Origin: a virus
Virus record (IMG/VR): IMGVR_UViG_3300047497_000008
Location: 1-57,004 of that record
Length of the DNA: 57,004 nucleotides
Reading direction: 5' to 3' (one strand)
The translations under genes were made by a program, and so were the position numbers. Below, piece by piece: positions 40,518 through 50,664 of the stretch. Every line of letters starts with the position of its first letter. Position 1 is the stretch's first letter. The notes beneath the pieces are model-generated. The model ran no database searches. It was not told the DNA's origin and was given only the letters and a program-made list of their open reading frames with translations.

Positions 40518-41567
40518 CTAACTTGTGCAGGTGATACGCGCCGAGCCGTTCGGCCACGCGGGGAGCGGTAGAGGCGCCGATTGCGTCATGGTGTAGGTAA
40601 CGCTCGGATCTTCCACATCCCAAAGTTTCGGGAACCATTTCGTCGGGACGAAGTTCGCCCGGCGATCCTTGATCGCGCCGTAGAGCTGGAATCCCTCGAT
40701 ACCGGGTCCGGTGAAAATGACCTCGTTCGGCTGCACATAATATTGCAGATTCCCTTGGTCGTCCTGATACCAGGAATTGTTTACCCATAGCTGGAGGCCG
40801 TTCACGTCGCTGCCGGAGCCGGCGAGCACGCCCTTATACTCGACTTCAAGCCCGGCCGATACCAGGGAGAAATCCGTCGTGCTGCCGCGATAGAACGCGG
40901 ACAAGAGCTGATAGACTTGCTGATTGCTCGAAAACAGCTCCCACGCATTCTCGCCGAACGTGATCCGGTTGATCGACGTGCGGCCAATCAGCCGAACGAG
41001 ACGCCGGATGTTGGCGATATCGGCGAGCGGATCGGCGGCGCTGCCATCCCATTTCGCCGTGCCGGCCAGCGTCACGTCGAGCTGCGTCGCTCGCCCGAAG
41101 CCGACGGTGACGGACGGGTAGTCGTCCCCGGCGACCGTGATCTGCCCCGCCGCCAGTCCGCGAGCCGCCATCCACTCCATGCGCCGGAGGATCTGATTGC
41201 GTTCCGCTTCAAGATTCATGCCGATACGCGCCTCGAATTTCTGCGCGAAGCTCATGGGTGCGTTGATCGGCGTTCCGGCCATGCGCGGGAGCGGCTTGGA
41301 CGGGTCCACCACATGCTTCGGCTTGACGTAGGCCGGCTTGAACGACTTGGTGCTGTAACCCTTCTCCGTCATCACGCGGCCCTGCACGTTCGGCGCGACG
41401 AATGGCGCCATTTCGCGCGTGACGTACACCGAGTCGAACAGGATCACGTCGGTATCGAACGTCAGTTCCTTGTTGAAAACGAGATCCAGAAAGTAGGAGC
41501 CGGGCGGGTCCGGCTGGCCGTTCAAGACCATCTGCAAGACCGCTTGATCGTAAATTCCCCAAACCAT
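40518..41567 (-). CDS. major capsid protein, lambda gpE-like
   Basis: PAYVKPKHVVDP parallels lambda E PGYVKPKHEVNP, and MAPFVAP parallels ALYVSPIV. 349 aa. Confidence 0.85.
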   Translation of the reverse strand: MVWGIYDQAVLQMVLNGQPDPPGSYFLDLVFNKELTFDTDVILFDSVYVTREMAPFVAPNVQGRVMTEKGYSTKSFKPAYVKPKHVVDPSKPLPRMAGTPINAPMSFAQKFEARIGMNLEAERNQILRRMEWMAARGLAAGQITVAGDDYPSVTVGFGRATQLDVTLAGTAKWDGSAADPLADIANIRRLVRLIGRTSINRITFGENAWELFSSNQQVYQLLSAFYRGSTTDFSLVSAGLEVEYKGVLAGSGSDVNGLQLWVNNSWYQDDQGNLQYYVQPNEVIFTGPGIEGFQLYGAIKDRRANFVPTKWFPKLWDVEDPSVTYTMTQSAPLPLPAWPNGSARITCTS

Positions 41568-41610
41568 TTGTCACTCTCCGTAGTTATGAGCTTCGCGTTA
41601 CCGTGCGCCC

Positions 41611-41623
41611 GGAACTTAGTTCC
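41611..41623. repeat. GGAACTTAGTTCC palindrome (17-bp CCGGAACTTAGTTCCGG)
   Basis: Intergenic, 44 nt upstream of the major capsid ATG 41567. Confidence 0.95.
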
Positions 41624-41629
41624 GGCGCG

Positions 41630-42067
41630 TCAGGAGTACGTCGGCGGCTGGCCGGTCGTATCGAGTGTGCCGACCGCGAGCGTACCGCGATCCCAGAGAA
41701 CCTGTAGCTCCAGCATGGTCGCGCCGGAGGGGACGACGAGTGCCGCGAAGTTGAAGAAACCGCCCGTGTAGAATGGCGCGCTGGTATCGGCGTTCGTGCC
41801 GGTTCCGCTGGTATCGCACGGTTGCGCCAGAACGCCGATCGCGACACCCGCGCCGCCGCTGCCGCCCGGAACCCAGGGAACGAGTTTCCCGGTCGCGGCC
41901 GTACGCGCGAGAACCGTATAACGCTTGTAGACCGTGCCGGCCGTCAACAGCCCGTAGTCCGTGGTGACGGGCTTCTCGCCCGCGAAGAGCTGAAACGGAG
42001 TGTAGGAATCGAAATTCGGATCACCGCCGGCTAGGTCGCGGGCGGGATCGTTGTAAAGGCTCGTCAT
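41630..42067 (-). CDS. head decoration protein, lambda gpD-like
   Basis: 145 aa between the protease and capsid genes. GKLVPW...AIGVLA follows the pattern of lambda D RKLVAW...AVGILA. Confidence 0.65.
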   Translation of the reverse strand: MTSLYNDPARDLAGGDPNFDSYTPFQLFAGEKPVTTDYGLLTAGTVYKRYTVLARTAATGKLVPWVPGGSGGAGVAIGVLAQPCDTSGTGTNADTSAPFYTGGFFNFAALVVPSGATMLELQVLWDRGTLAVGTLDTTGQPPTYS

Positions 42068-42109
42068 GGTTATGGTCTCCCTGTCCTGCCGACTGCCGGC
42101 GAAACGTGA

Positions 42110-43537
42110 TTACGCGGCGACGAGCTTGACCTTGCCGCCGCCTGCCACTTGCTGATTGCGGAGCATCCGCGCCGCAACGGCCTCCGGCGTGTCGCCCTTG
42201 ACGCCGCCATGCGGATCGGCCGTAATGTTGGGGTGCTCGGATCGGTCCATGGCGCGCTGAAAGCGATCGGGATCGAGTCCGGCGTCGGTGATGACCGGCG
42301 CGGTGACGACGGGCGCGGCTTCCGAAGCGGCGGCTCCCAGGATGACCTTGGCGGCATCGATCGACATATCCTGCTCCGCGAGAACGGCGGCGAGGCGCGG
42401 CTTGTCCTTGGCTTCGGCGCACGTCAGGATGCCGTTGCGACGGGCGCGATCTTCGGCGAGCGCGTTGCGGGCGGCTTCCGCCGAAATCCGGGCAACGTCG
42501 GCGGCGGTAAGAGTCGACTCCGGCGCGGTGGCCGTCGTGGTATTCGTCGTCTTCTCGGTCTTGTCCATGGCGGGCTCGTCCTCTTCGTTTGAATCATCGT
42601 CGGGGCCAATGTCGGCGTCGTCGTCACTCAGGAAACTCGACAATGCTTGCGGCGGCGAATAGGTCGCATTGATGAAACCGACTTTCAACGCGTCGTCAGC
42701 CGCGTAAATTTGTGCTTCCGTTCCGCGAACTGTCGAAGCATCCATGTTACGGTTGCGGGCGACAAGACTGACGAACGAATCGTAAATCTTGTCAATCTCT
42801 GCTTGCATATCAGCTTTTACGGCATCTGACAATACGTTATAGGGATTTCTATCCGCCTTATGCGCGCCGGCAAAGACAAACGTAACCTTGATCCCCACGT
42901 CCGCAAGCATTTCCGAGTAGTCGGCGTGCATGGAAACCACGCCGACTGATCCGATCCATGAACTCGGGGTCGCATAGATCTTGTCACACGCGCTCATGAG
43001 CGCGAACGCTGCCGAGCAGCACGCGGAGTCCACTATTGCGGCCATCGGCTTGACGCCGCGCTGCGAATAGATGTAGTCGGCCAGCTCGAAACAACCGGAA
43101 ACCTGACCGCCGTAGCTGTTGCAGTCGAAAATAACGCTTGTCACTTCGGGATCGGCCATCGCGGCGGCGAGCTGCTGCTGAATGAAATTGTACCCGGTGA
43201 CATACGTCCCGTAACTATACGAAAACCTGTTTATGAGAGTCCCTTGAACCGGGATGATCGCCACGCCGTCTATGAACAGAAACGGCTTCTCTCCGGCTAC
43301 GGTGTAATTCGGGTATCCGTAAGCCGCCGCGACTTCCGCCCGGCGTGCCAGCTCCCGCGAAATCTCTTGCTCGTGATCGGCCGAGCAAAACGCCCGAAGA
43401 TCCGCCATGAAATCCAGATCCACCTTGGCTGGCGTCGGCTCGATCGTGACCGGCGCTCCGGCGTGAACTGGCAACAGCAACATCGCCCGGCCGGCGACAC
43501 GCGCGAGAACGCTTCGGAAGTTTCGCTGAAACGTCAT
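42110..43537 (-). CDS. S49-family head maturation protease with C-terminal scaffold-like region (gpC/Nu3-like)
   Basis: VIFDCNSYGGQVSG and DSACCSAAFAL, with an acidic then Ala-rich C-terminal third. Confidence 0.85.
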   Translation of the reverse strand: MTFQRNFRSVLARVAGRAMLLLPVHAGAPVTIEPTPAKVDLDFMADLRAFCSADHEQEISRELARRAEVAAAYGYPNYTVAGEKPFLFIDGVAIIPVQGTLINRFSYSYGTYVTGYNFIQQQLAAAMADPEVTSVIFDCNSYGGQVSGCFELADYIYSQRGVKPMAAIVDSACCSAAFALMSACDKIYATPSSWIGSVGVVSMHADYSEMLADVGIKVTFVFAGAHKADRNPYNVLSDAVKADMQAEIDKIYDSFVSLVARNRNMDASTVRGTEAQIYAADDALKVGFINATYSPPQALSSFLSDDDADIGPDDDSNEEDEPAMDKTEKTTNTTTATAPESTLTAADVARISAEAARNALAEDRARRNGILTCAEAKDKPRLAAVLAEQDMSIDAAKVILGAAASEAAPVVTAPVITDAGLDPDRFQRAMDRSEHPNITADPHGGVKGDTPEAVAARMLRNQQVAGGGKVKLVAA

Positions 43538-45252
43538 GGGCTGTTGTCTCCGCTTCCGTCGTCCGTCTTATCGCCCGCCGTCTCGTCCTTCGGATCGCCA
43601 GCGTTAATCGGATCAGTGGGCGCCTGCGTCGAGCCGCCGGGCCGTTTCGTGGAGAGGTCAAAGTTGAGCCCTTTCGCCGCAATGATACCTTCCTCGCGCG
43701 CCCGCTGCGCGAACACCTTGCGCCAGTCAGCACCGTTGTACCGGCCGATTTCTTGTTCGTAAGTTGAAAGCCCGGCCTGTATGCGAAGCACGGCAGCTTG
43801 CGTCTCCTTCAGCTCGTCAATCTGACCGCGTCCAGCGCCGATCCACTCACACGACGTAAGCGCATCCTTTATGAGCGACTGGTAGAACCAGTCTTTCGAT
43901 TTGCCGGGAGGGCGCGGCAGATTGCCAGCATTCCAGTCTTCCTCAAACCAAAGACGGTAAACCTCGGTGGCAAATTTATCGGCAACGATTTTCTTGCGCG
44001 ACTGCATGAAGCGCCATGTCGCAAGCATACTCGCGCGCGCGCTGCTGTAACTCGTTTGGGAGTAGTCCCGCGAAAACTCTTCGTAGGAGATCCCGAGGCT
44101 GGCGCAAATGTGGCGCAGCAAACTCTTCTCGAAATCCTGCCCGACGCCGCCGGGCGTACCCATAGGCTGCATGTGCAGCTTTGTACCAGGGAACAAGTGC
44201 GGGATCTTGGCGCCGTCCATGGAGATATTCGACGTACCGCTTAGGTACGCTTGAAGCGCCTGCATGAACTGGCCGGAAGGCTGCATCCAATTGAACGGCC
44301 CGGCGCCTTCGACCATGCTGCCGGGACCACCGAGCTGCTGATAGACGATATCAGGCGGCAGTTCCGACTCGATAGCGGCGGCGAAACTGGCGTTGATGAC
44401 CGCGTTCTGTAGAGTGACATCCTGAAACGCGGAAGTCATACGCATCTGTTTGAGTGAAGCTGCCATCTCGGATATGCCGCGATTCTGGCCCGGCTCTTGC
44501 TGCTCGACAATGTGAATAATCTGCCGGCGTCCCCAAGCCATTGTCGCGGGAACACGTTTCCAGATATACGAATTAGCGTCGAAATACTCTGTCGGGAACG
44601 ACTGCCGGATGTAATACGCAACGGGACGCCCGTACGTGTCGATCTCGACACCGCGCTTCATCGTCGGCGTGTCCATCGCCGTCATGGCCGAGTCTGGATT
44701 GCTCAACCGATCCGGGCTTATCATTTGCAAGCAGGTTGACATGGGCCGGTTCTTGTTCTTGAGCCACTCGACGGACGCGAGCACTTCGCCCGTCTTCAAG
44801 AACATCCCGACCGCAAGGCGCACCATCCCCGTCAGGGTCATGCGACCTTGTACGTCAAGCCAACAGTCCGGCGAGTCGGCAATCAGATTGAACCGCGCTT
44901 CCACCGCGTCTTGCAGCTCTTCGCAATAGTCGTCGGAAACGCCGAGCACCTTAGCGTTCGGCTGTGCGTTGAGGATGTACTGTGCGCCGACAATGCTATC
45001 ACGGTGAATCGCAACCGCGCCGGAAACATAACCATCGTTCTGAGCCCGATCGCGCGCCCGCGCGTCGGCCATCGGCTTAACCCAATTAATCGCCTGATCC
45101 GGCGATCGGAAGTCGGGCGCCCACTTGGCCGTCTCGCGCGACGTGCTTTCGGCACCCTCCCAACCACCGCCGATCGCCAGAAAGTCGCGCTTAGTCGCGC
45201 CGGAACTTAGTTCCGAAACGCTTGGCCCGGTCGGAACTGGCACGTCGGCCAC
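43534..45252 (-). CDS. portal protein, lambda gpB-like
   Basis: GGGWEG...DRAQNDGYVSGAVAIHRDSIVG aligns with the lambda B N-terminus. GTG 45252 overlaps the gpW-like stop (TAGTG). Confidence 0.85.
   Translation of the reverse strand: MADVPVPTGPSVSELSSGATKRDFLAIGGGWEGAESTSRETAKWAPDFRSPDQAINWVKPMADARARDRAQNDGYVSGAVAIHRDSIVGAQYILNAQPNAKVLGVSDDYCEELQDAVEARFNLIADSPDCWLDVQGRMTLTGMVRLAVGMFLKTGEVLASVEWLKNKNRPMSTCLQMISPDRLSNPDSAMTAMDTPTMKRGVEIDTYGRPVAYYIRQSFPTEYFDANSYIWKRVPATMAWGRRQIIHIVEQQEPGQNRGISEMAASLKQMRMTSAFQDVTLQNAVINASFAAAIESELPPDIVYQQLGGPGSMVEGAGPFNWMQPSGQFMQALQAYLSGTSNISMDGAKIPHLFPGTKLHMQPMGTPGGVGQDFEKSLLRHICASLGISYEEFSRDYSQTSYSSARASMLATWRFMQSRKKIVADKFATEVYRLWFEEDWNAGNLPRPPGKSKDWFYQSLIKDALTSCEWIGAGRGQIDELKETQAAVLRIQAGLSTYEQEIGRYNGADWRKVFAQRAREEGIIAAKGLNFDLSTKRPGGSTQAPTDPINAGDPKDETAGDKTDDGSGDNSP
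45202..45214. repeat. GGAACTTAGTTCC palindrome
   Basis: Codons about 14-17 of the portal gene (SELSS). Confidence 0.95.
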
Positions 45253-45542
45253 TAGAAGAAGTACCCGTATGGGGCTTTCGGCCCGGCGAAGCCTCTGCCA
45301 CGCTGCTGGATTGCCGCGTTGAGCGTGCGAATCCACACCATCAGCTTGTCGGAATTGCCGGTGTTGAAGCGCACGGTTTCACCGTTCTGATCGCGCACTT
45401 CGACGGGATTTGTCCCCATCTGAATGTTGGTGTACGCATTGATCGCGTTCGTCAGCCACGTTTGAAGAGTCGGCACGGGGATCAGCGCCAGAAAATCCTG
45501 CGGCGTCGGCCCACTGCAATACCCAAAAGCGCCATAGCTCAT
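45252..45542 (-). CDS. head-tail joining protein gpW-like
   Basis: 96 aa between TerL and the portal gene. The C-terminal RGRGFAGP resembles lambda W RRRGPAGF. Confidence 0.7.
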   Translation of the reverse strand: MSYGAFGYCSGPTPQDFLALIPVPTLQTWLTNAINAYTNIQMGTNPVEVRDQNGETVRFNTGNSDKLMVWIRTLNAAIQQRGRGFAGPKAPYGYFF

Positions 45543-47617
45543 TATGCGAGTGCTTTTCCGAAAGCGGTGAAATCGAATTGCTGCGCGGGCTTACTGTATA
45601 ACTCTTTTTCAGGAGATACAACTAGAGAATTTTTATCCCAAGTTGCGGCCCAGCCGGGCGGATTTTCCCAATTGATCTGATCTGCTCGAATCAATTCTGA
45701 GAGACAAATGCCGATAGTATAGTAGCCGAGATCCCAGGCTTCGTTTCGAGTATGACTCGGGTTTTCCCAACCTTTCTCTGTGCGCGTCTCGGCGCACAAC
45801 TCGCGGAACACTTCATCTGGCACCCAAGCCGGAACGCGGAACATGCCTTTACCCGGCTCGGTACAATCCAAGCGGCCGGCAAGCGTATCCTTCAAAAGAT
45901 TCGAATTTATCAGCATGACCGGCACATCGCCGCGAGCGGGCGCCATGCGATCGCGCTGATTGGAATCAGGGTAGACGATCCGCGTGCGAGGCGCGCGATC
46001 GGAAGGCTCACCCTTCACGAGCATGAATCTCCCGTGCTTGTTCTCGCGGCGCAGCTTGCGCCAGTAGTCATAGGCGTTTGTCGTGACGCCGTGCCGACCG
46101 CCCGAGTCACAGACGGTAAGTTTGATCTTCATGCGGCGCCCGCTGTTATCGGCGAGCGGATACGTTTTGTTGATAACTTGTTCCTCTATGAGATCCCAAT
46201 CGTCCAAATATGTGTGAGGTTTCACCCAAAGCCGCTCGCCGTCTTCGTCGGTGCGCTTGGATTTGCGTATATCAAACCGATCTATCAGCACCGTGTCGAA
46301 CTGTATCCCAGGCAGGATTCCCGTGATCTGTACGACAAACTGATTTGCTTGAACGTCGATCGCCGCGACAAGCATTCTAACGTCGTCCGGTACGACGTGC
46401 TCCGGCAAGTCTTCCGCACGGTTCTTGAGCGCTTCCGGCACGCGCACAGAGTCGTTTCGCTTTGGTTTGTACGGCTCGCCTAGATCGTTATTGTAGAACT
46501 TCTTTAGGGAGTCCTCGCTGCCGGTGCGCTCGTAATCCGTCATAGCGTCGAGATAGAGCGAAACGAGATTAGCCCACGACACAAAACTCGCCGCAACCCC
46601 ATTCAACCAGTAGCTCAATATCCGCGTACGCGGACCCTCACCGACAACTCGCCCTTTCTCGATACGCTGGCCGTCCGCGAGCCATCTGCCGAAAATGTTC
46701 ATCTCGCGCCGATCCGAATACTCGATACGGCACCCGTTTATGGGACACTCCATGTAGACAGATTGCCCGATACTCAAGTTACCGTGCAGCTTTTCGTTAA
46801 AACGCAAATGCGAAAAGTCGCCCATGAAATACTGGCCGCAATGCGGGCACGGCCAATACCATCGACGCCGATCGCCGCGATTGTACAAACCGATTATACC
46901 ATCGCACGGGGGCGCCTCGTGCGGCGTTTTCTTGATCCATTTCTGCGGATCTTTGATCGGCCGCGACGGCGACGACTCCGCAACGCACATGGCGAACGAT
47001 CCGAACGTCGTAGTTCGCTTGGACGCTAAATCGTATGGCGCACCTTCGCCGTCGATATCGTCGGGCATCCGATCGTAATCCGTCATGAAAACATGCGGCA
47101 CCGGCCGACCGGCAAGCTGACTGATTGCCGGCCAACTCAACGTGAGAATGTTTCCCGAGCTGTAGTGCTTGTCAAACTTGTTATCGGCATCCTTGGACTT
47201 CTTGAGCCGGTTTCCGACTTCCGTGGAATCGCGATGCAGTCGATCGACGCGACGATTGGAGAAGTCGCGAGCCGTCGTGTTCGTCGGGCAAAACAGGAGA
47301 ATGTCGAGCGGATCGACAATGATGCTATGTAGTAACCCGTTTACGATAAGGCTGTCCGTCTTGCCGACCTGAGCGCCGCCCACGAATATCAAACCATTGT
47401 GATGCGGAGATATGCACCCATCCATGGGTTCTACCATGTACGGCGTTTCGTCATTCGACCACGGCCCGATAAAACCGCCGGGATTGTTCACCTTACGGTA
47501 TTTCGTAGCGGCTTCGCTTACCGACAACCGTTCTGGCGGCGTCAGTATTTCGGCAAGATCGAGAACGATTTCTTTGAGTGTATTATAAATCCGCGTATCC
47601 GTCTTCTTCGTCAGCAT
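45542..47617 (-). CDS. terL: terminase large subunit, lambda gpA-type
   Basis: Walker A LIFVGGAQVGKTD and CPHCGQYF. The track ORF extends to 47791. ATG 47617 has AAGG upstream and gives a plausible 35-nt overlap with the TerS candidate. Confidence 0.9.
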   Translation of the reverse strand: MLTKKTDTRIYNTLKEIVLDLAEILTPPERLSVSEAATKYRKVNNPGGFIGPWSNDETPYMVEPMDGCISPHHNGLIFVGGAQVGKTDSLIVNGLLHSIIVDPLDILLFCPTNTTARDFSNRRVDRLHRDSTEVGNRLKKSKDADNKFDKHYSSGNILTLSWPAISQLAGRPVPHVFMTDYDRMPDDIDGEGAPYDLASKRTTTFGSFAMCVAESSPSRPIKDPQKWIKKTPHEAPPCDGIIGLYNRGDRRRWYWPCPHCGQYFMGDFSHLRFNEKLHGNLSIGQSVYMECPINGCRIEYSDRREMNIFGRWLADGQRIEKGRVVGEGPRTRILSYWLNGVAASFVSWANLVSLYLDAMTDYERTGSEDSLKKFYNNDLGEPYKPKRNDSVRVPEALKNRAEDLPEHVVPDDVRMLVAAIDVQANQFVVQITGILPGIQFDTVLIDRFDIRKSKRTDEDGERLWVKPHTYLDDWDLIEEQVINKTYPLADNSGRRMKIKLTVCDSGGRHGVTTNAYDYWRKLRRENKHGRFMLVKGEPSDRAPRTRIVYPDSNQRDRMAPARGDVPVMLINSNLLKDTLAGRLDCTEPGKGMFRVPAWVPDEVFRELCAETRTEKGWENPSHTRNEAWDLGYYTIGICLSELIRADQINWENPPGWAATWDKNSLVVSPEKELYSKPAQQFDFTAFGKALA

Positions 47618-48389
47618 CCGCCGCGCCTTTACCTTGGCGGCGCTGGCGGAACGTTGCGCCATCCGCGGAGTCGGCGCTGTCGTCAAAGTTTTCTGGACGA
47701 TCTTCGGAAGATTCTTTCCCCGCGTCCGAACCGGCTCGATCGGCGGCGTTGACTTTTGCGATTTCTGTGAGGTCCGTTGCAAGGCTTTCACGAATCACCT
47801 TCATGGTATTGTCGATCAAACGCTTGATGAGATTCCGTTGCTCGTCCGTAAGCCCTATCTCGCGCTCAACCTGATCGCCGAGAAGCAGGAGACTCAGACG
47901 CAGCGTTTTGAAGACTTCACCGATCATAATCTGCACGTCGGCCGTGCGCCACAAATCACCGGCCAGTTCTTCATACCGAAGTTGAGCGTGCATCCCGTTC
48001 CAGTATTCCTTGAGCATATACGGGTTGAGATCTTGGGGCGACATCTTTTTGATGTACTCGCCAATATCGACTTTCGGCTGCACGAGATATTCGGCCACGT
48101 CTCGAATGGCGTACAGGTGCGTATTCATGTGAACGCCGGTAGGCGTGCAATGGGATATCGCTTCCTTGACTCGGTTGCTCGCCACCTTGAATATATCGCG
48201 CAGCTCTGTAAGTGACGCGCCGACGTACATCACGCGTCTTTCCGATTGCATTTCTTGTCGCGTCACGGGCGCCGTCGTCTTCGACACCGCCGGAACTAAG
48301 TTCCGAGTGTCTTTCGGCTTCGGAGCCGGCGTTGTTTTCTTGCTGGGTGGCCGGCCGACCGGACGTTTCGGCAGTATTGGTGCCATCAT
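47583..48389 (-). CDS. terminase small subunit candidate
   Basis: 268 aa directly upstream of TerL. Basic N-terminus RPVGRPPSKK and acidic C-terminus. Confidence 0.5.
   Translation of the reverse strand: MMAPILPKRPVGRPPSKKTTPAPKPKDTRNLVPAVSKTTAPVTRQEMQSERRVMYVGASLTELRDIFKVASNRVKEAISHCTPTGVHMNTHLYAIRDVAEYLVQPKVDIGEYIKKMSPQDLNPYMLKEYWNGMHAQLRYEELAGDLWRTADVQIMIGEVFKTLRLSLLLLGDQVEREIGLTDEQRNLIKRLIDNTMKVIRESLATDLTEIAKVNAADRAGSDAGKESSEDRPENFDDSADSADGATFRQRRQGKGAADADEEDGYADL
48292..48304. repeat. GGAACTAAGTTCC palindrome (+GAGTGT flank)
   Basis: N-terminal region of the TerS candidate, read as RNLVP. Confidence 0.95.
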
Positions 48390-49945
48390 AGAATCCCTTT
48401 CAAGTCTTCCGATACGCTGTTCTCCCGCATAAGTCGTTTGCGTAAAGCGCGCAGTTTGTTGAACAGCATATTTTGCGCGCCTTCTTTCCGGCGCAACTTG
48501 TCAACTACATGCACGTCCAACGTACCGACCGCCATAAGCAAATGCACAAACACTTGTCGGGCTTGCCCTTGCCGTGCCACGCGACCTATAAGTTGCAAGA
48601 ACAGCTCTAGGGACCAGCATATATCAAAAAACACAATACGGCGACCAGGGCCAAGCTGAAGATTAAGACCGTGGCCGGCACTTGCCGGGTGAACCAATAG
48701 CATCGGGATTCTACCGGCGTTCCAGGCGTCTTTTTGCGATCCCGTTTTGTCGAGAACGACCGCTTGCGGAAATGCCTTTTGAAGTCGCGCCAAGTTTGGT
48801 TTGTACCAGTATGCGACAAGTAAGGGCTCGCCGTCCGTCTCTTCAACAATTTCACGTAGCTCTTCGATTTTCGCATCATGGAAAAACCGGGCCTTTCCGT
48901 CATTATCATAGACGCATCCCGACGCGAGCTGTAAGAGCTTACCGGCAAGCGCGCCGCCGTTCACGGCTTCTATGAACTCGTCATCGGGAAGACGAAGGAC
49001 AAACTCACGCTCGAATTTCCTGTACTGCTTGAGCTGATCCGTTTCCAGAACTACCGGACGCCGGAGAATTTGAGGGATCAACCGATCTGGCAAATGATCT
49101 TCGGCTTTCATCACCAAACATATGTCGGATATCTTGCGGATAATCTCAGTATCGGCGCCCGGCAACAGCGTGTAGGAGTGCGAGAACCTGTTATGCGCGA
49201 AATACTTGTTACGAAAGTGAGTGATAAAAGTCCCGAAGCGTTCGCCACGATCAAGAAGATAGATCTGCGCGAACAAATTCATGTAGCTTTCAGTGCATGG
49301 CGTCGCCGTAAGCTCCACAAGTCTTCTCACAAAAGGTAGCACCTTGCACAGCGCCTTGAAGCGTTTTGTCGAATGATCTTTGAACGCCGAGGCTTCATCT
49401 ATGATGACCGTGTTATACGGCCACTTGCTGCCCCAATGCTGCACGAGCCATTCGACGCCTTCGCGGTTGATGATATGAATGAACGTGTTTTCTTTCGCGA
49501 GCCTGACTTTTATCTCGTGCCGCTTCGCTGTCGTCGCCTTCGTCGCCGCTTTCCCCGCTTCGGCCTGATCGTCGCCATTCGACAGCGCGTTACGCCGCGC
49601 CCAATTGCCAGCTTCGCAGATCTCGTCTTCGTGTCCCTCGTGCCGTAGAATTGTGTAAGTGAGATCTGAGCTAAAATCCCAACCTTGGATCTCGTCGGGC
49701 CAAGTCTGGATCGCGACCTTCATGGGTGCGATAATCAGAACACGTGTATCGGGTAGCCACTCGCGGAGCATCTTCAAGAGCATGAGGATGATTACAGTTT
49801 TGCCGAGTCCCATATCGGCATACAGCCCGGCAAACGCGTTATCCCATAAGAACTCCAACGCCATGTGTTGATACGCGTGCATGTCCGGCGCGTAGTGCCG
49901 TATAAGCAATTCGCGATCGAACTTGTCAACGTCAAACGAAGTCAC
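48386..49945 (-). CDS. SNF2/DEAD-like helicase
   Basis: DMGLGKT (motif I), IIDEAS (motif II), HPASAGHGLNLQ. GTG 49945 overlaps the methyltransferase stop (GTGA). The track extension to 50185 overlaps the methyltransferase gene. Confidence 0.85.
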   Translation of the reverse strand: MTSFDVDKFDRELLIRHYAPDMHAYQHMALEFLWDNAFAGLYADMGLGKTVIILMLLKMLREWLPDTRVLIIAPMKVAIQTWPDEIQGWDFSSDLTYTILRHEGHEDEICEAGNWARRNALSNGDDQAEAGKAATKATTAKRHEIKVRLAKENTFIHIINREGVEWLVQHWGSKWPYNTVIIDEASAFKDHSTKRFKALCKVLPFVRRLVELTATPCTESYMNLFAQIYLLDRGERFGTFITHFRNKYFAHNRFSHSYTLLPGADTEIIRKISDICLVMKAEDHLPDRLIPQILRRPVVLETDQLKQYRKFEREFVLRLPDDEFIEAVNGGALAGKLLQLASGCVYDNDGKARFFHDAKIEELREIVEETDGEPLLVAYWYKPNLARLQKAFPQAVVLDKTGSQKDAWNAGRIPMLLVHPASAGHGLNLQLGPGRRIVFFDICWSLELFLQLIGRVARQGQARQVFVHLLMAVGTLDVHVVDKLRRKEGAQNMLFNKLRALRKRLMRENSVSEDLKGIL

Positions 49946-50664
49946 GGAACTAAGTTCCGACGTGCATCCGCGTTCGCGGACAAAGCTGTTTGCAGCCGCG
50001 CCTTGAGCACCGCAAACGGCGGCTCCGGCACCGGGCCGCGCGGTCGCGGAAGCGGCTTGAAGAGCGGCAACGGATGCTCGTAATCTTGCTCCATCTGCAT
50101 CCGCATACCGCGATGCCACACGTTCCATTGCACGTCCATCAGCGGTGAGACGCCGCGCTCTTCCGCGAGGAACGCCGGACGCCACATGAGCGGCAGCACA
50201 AGCTGCGGCGGATTCTCGTCAAAATACCTCGCGTTCTCCGCGACGTTCCAGAAATTGCACTTCGTTAGCATCGCATAAACAGAAACAGATTTGTACCACT
50301 CTGCGCGCCGAATAAAATCGAGCGCAAGTGCGAAAGGCGGATTGGTGATGATCGAATCCGTTCCCATAATCTGATACATCGGTTCCGACCAAAGAAAATC
50401 GGACAGCTCGCCGTATCCCGTATTGCGGATATCCGTCGAGACGACTTCGACGCCATAACTTTCGATAACATAGCTCATGCTGCCATCGCCGCACGCCGGC
50501 TCCCAAACGCGGCGGATCGGCGTCTCGTCAAGATTCATGAGCACGTTCATAAGCGCCATCGTAACGTCAGGCGGCGTCGGGTAGAAATCCGAGGGCTTGC
50601 GATCGTAGGTCTTACTCGACTCGATCCAGGCCGATGACACTTTGCTTACTTCACGTACCGGCAT
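49942..50664 (-). CDS. N6-adenine DNA methyltransferase
   Basis: SDFYPTPPDV, EPACGDG (SAM motif I), ITNPPF (motif IV). Confidence 0.8.
   Translation of the reverse strand: MPVREVSKVSSAWIESSKTYDRKPSDFYPTPPDVTMALMNVLMNLDETPIRRVWEPACGDGSMSYVIESYGVEVVSTDIRNTGYGELSDFLWSEPMYQIMGTDSIITNPPFALALDFIRRAEWYKSVSVYAMLTKCNFWNVAENARYFDENPPQLVLPLMWRPAFLAEERGVSPLMDVQWNVWHRGMRMQMEQDYEHPLPLFKPLPRPRGPVPEPPFAVLKARLQTALSANADARRNLVP
49946..49958. repeat. GGAACTAAGTTCC palindrome
   Basis: Encodes the last residues (RNLVP) of the methyltransferase. It ends 1 nt before the SNF2 GTG start. Confidence 0.95.
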
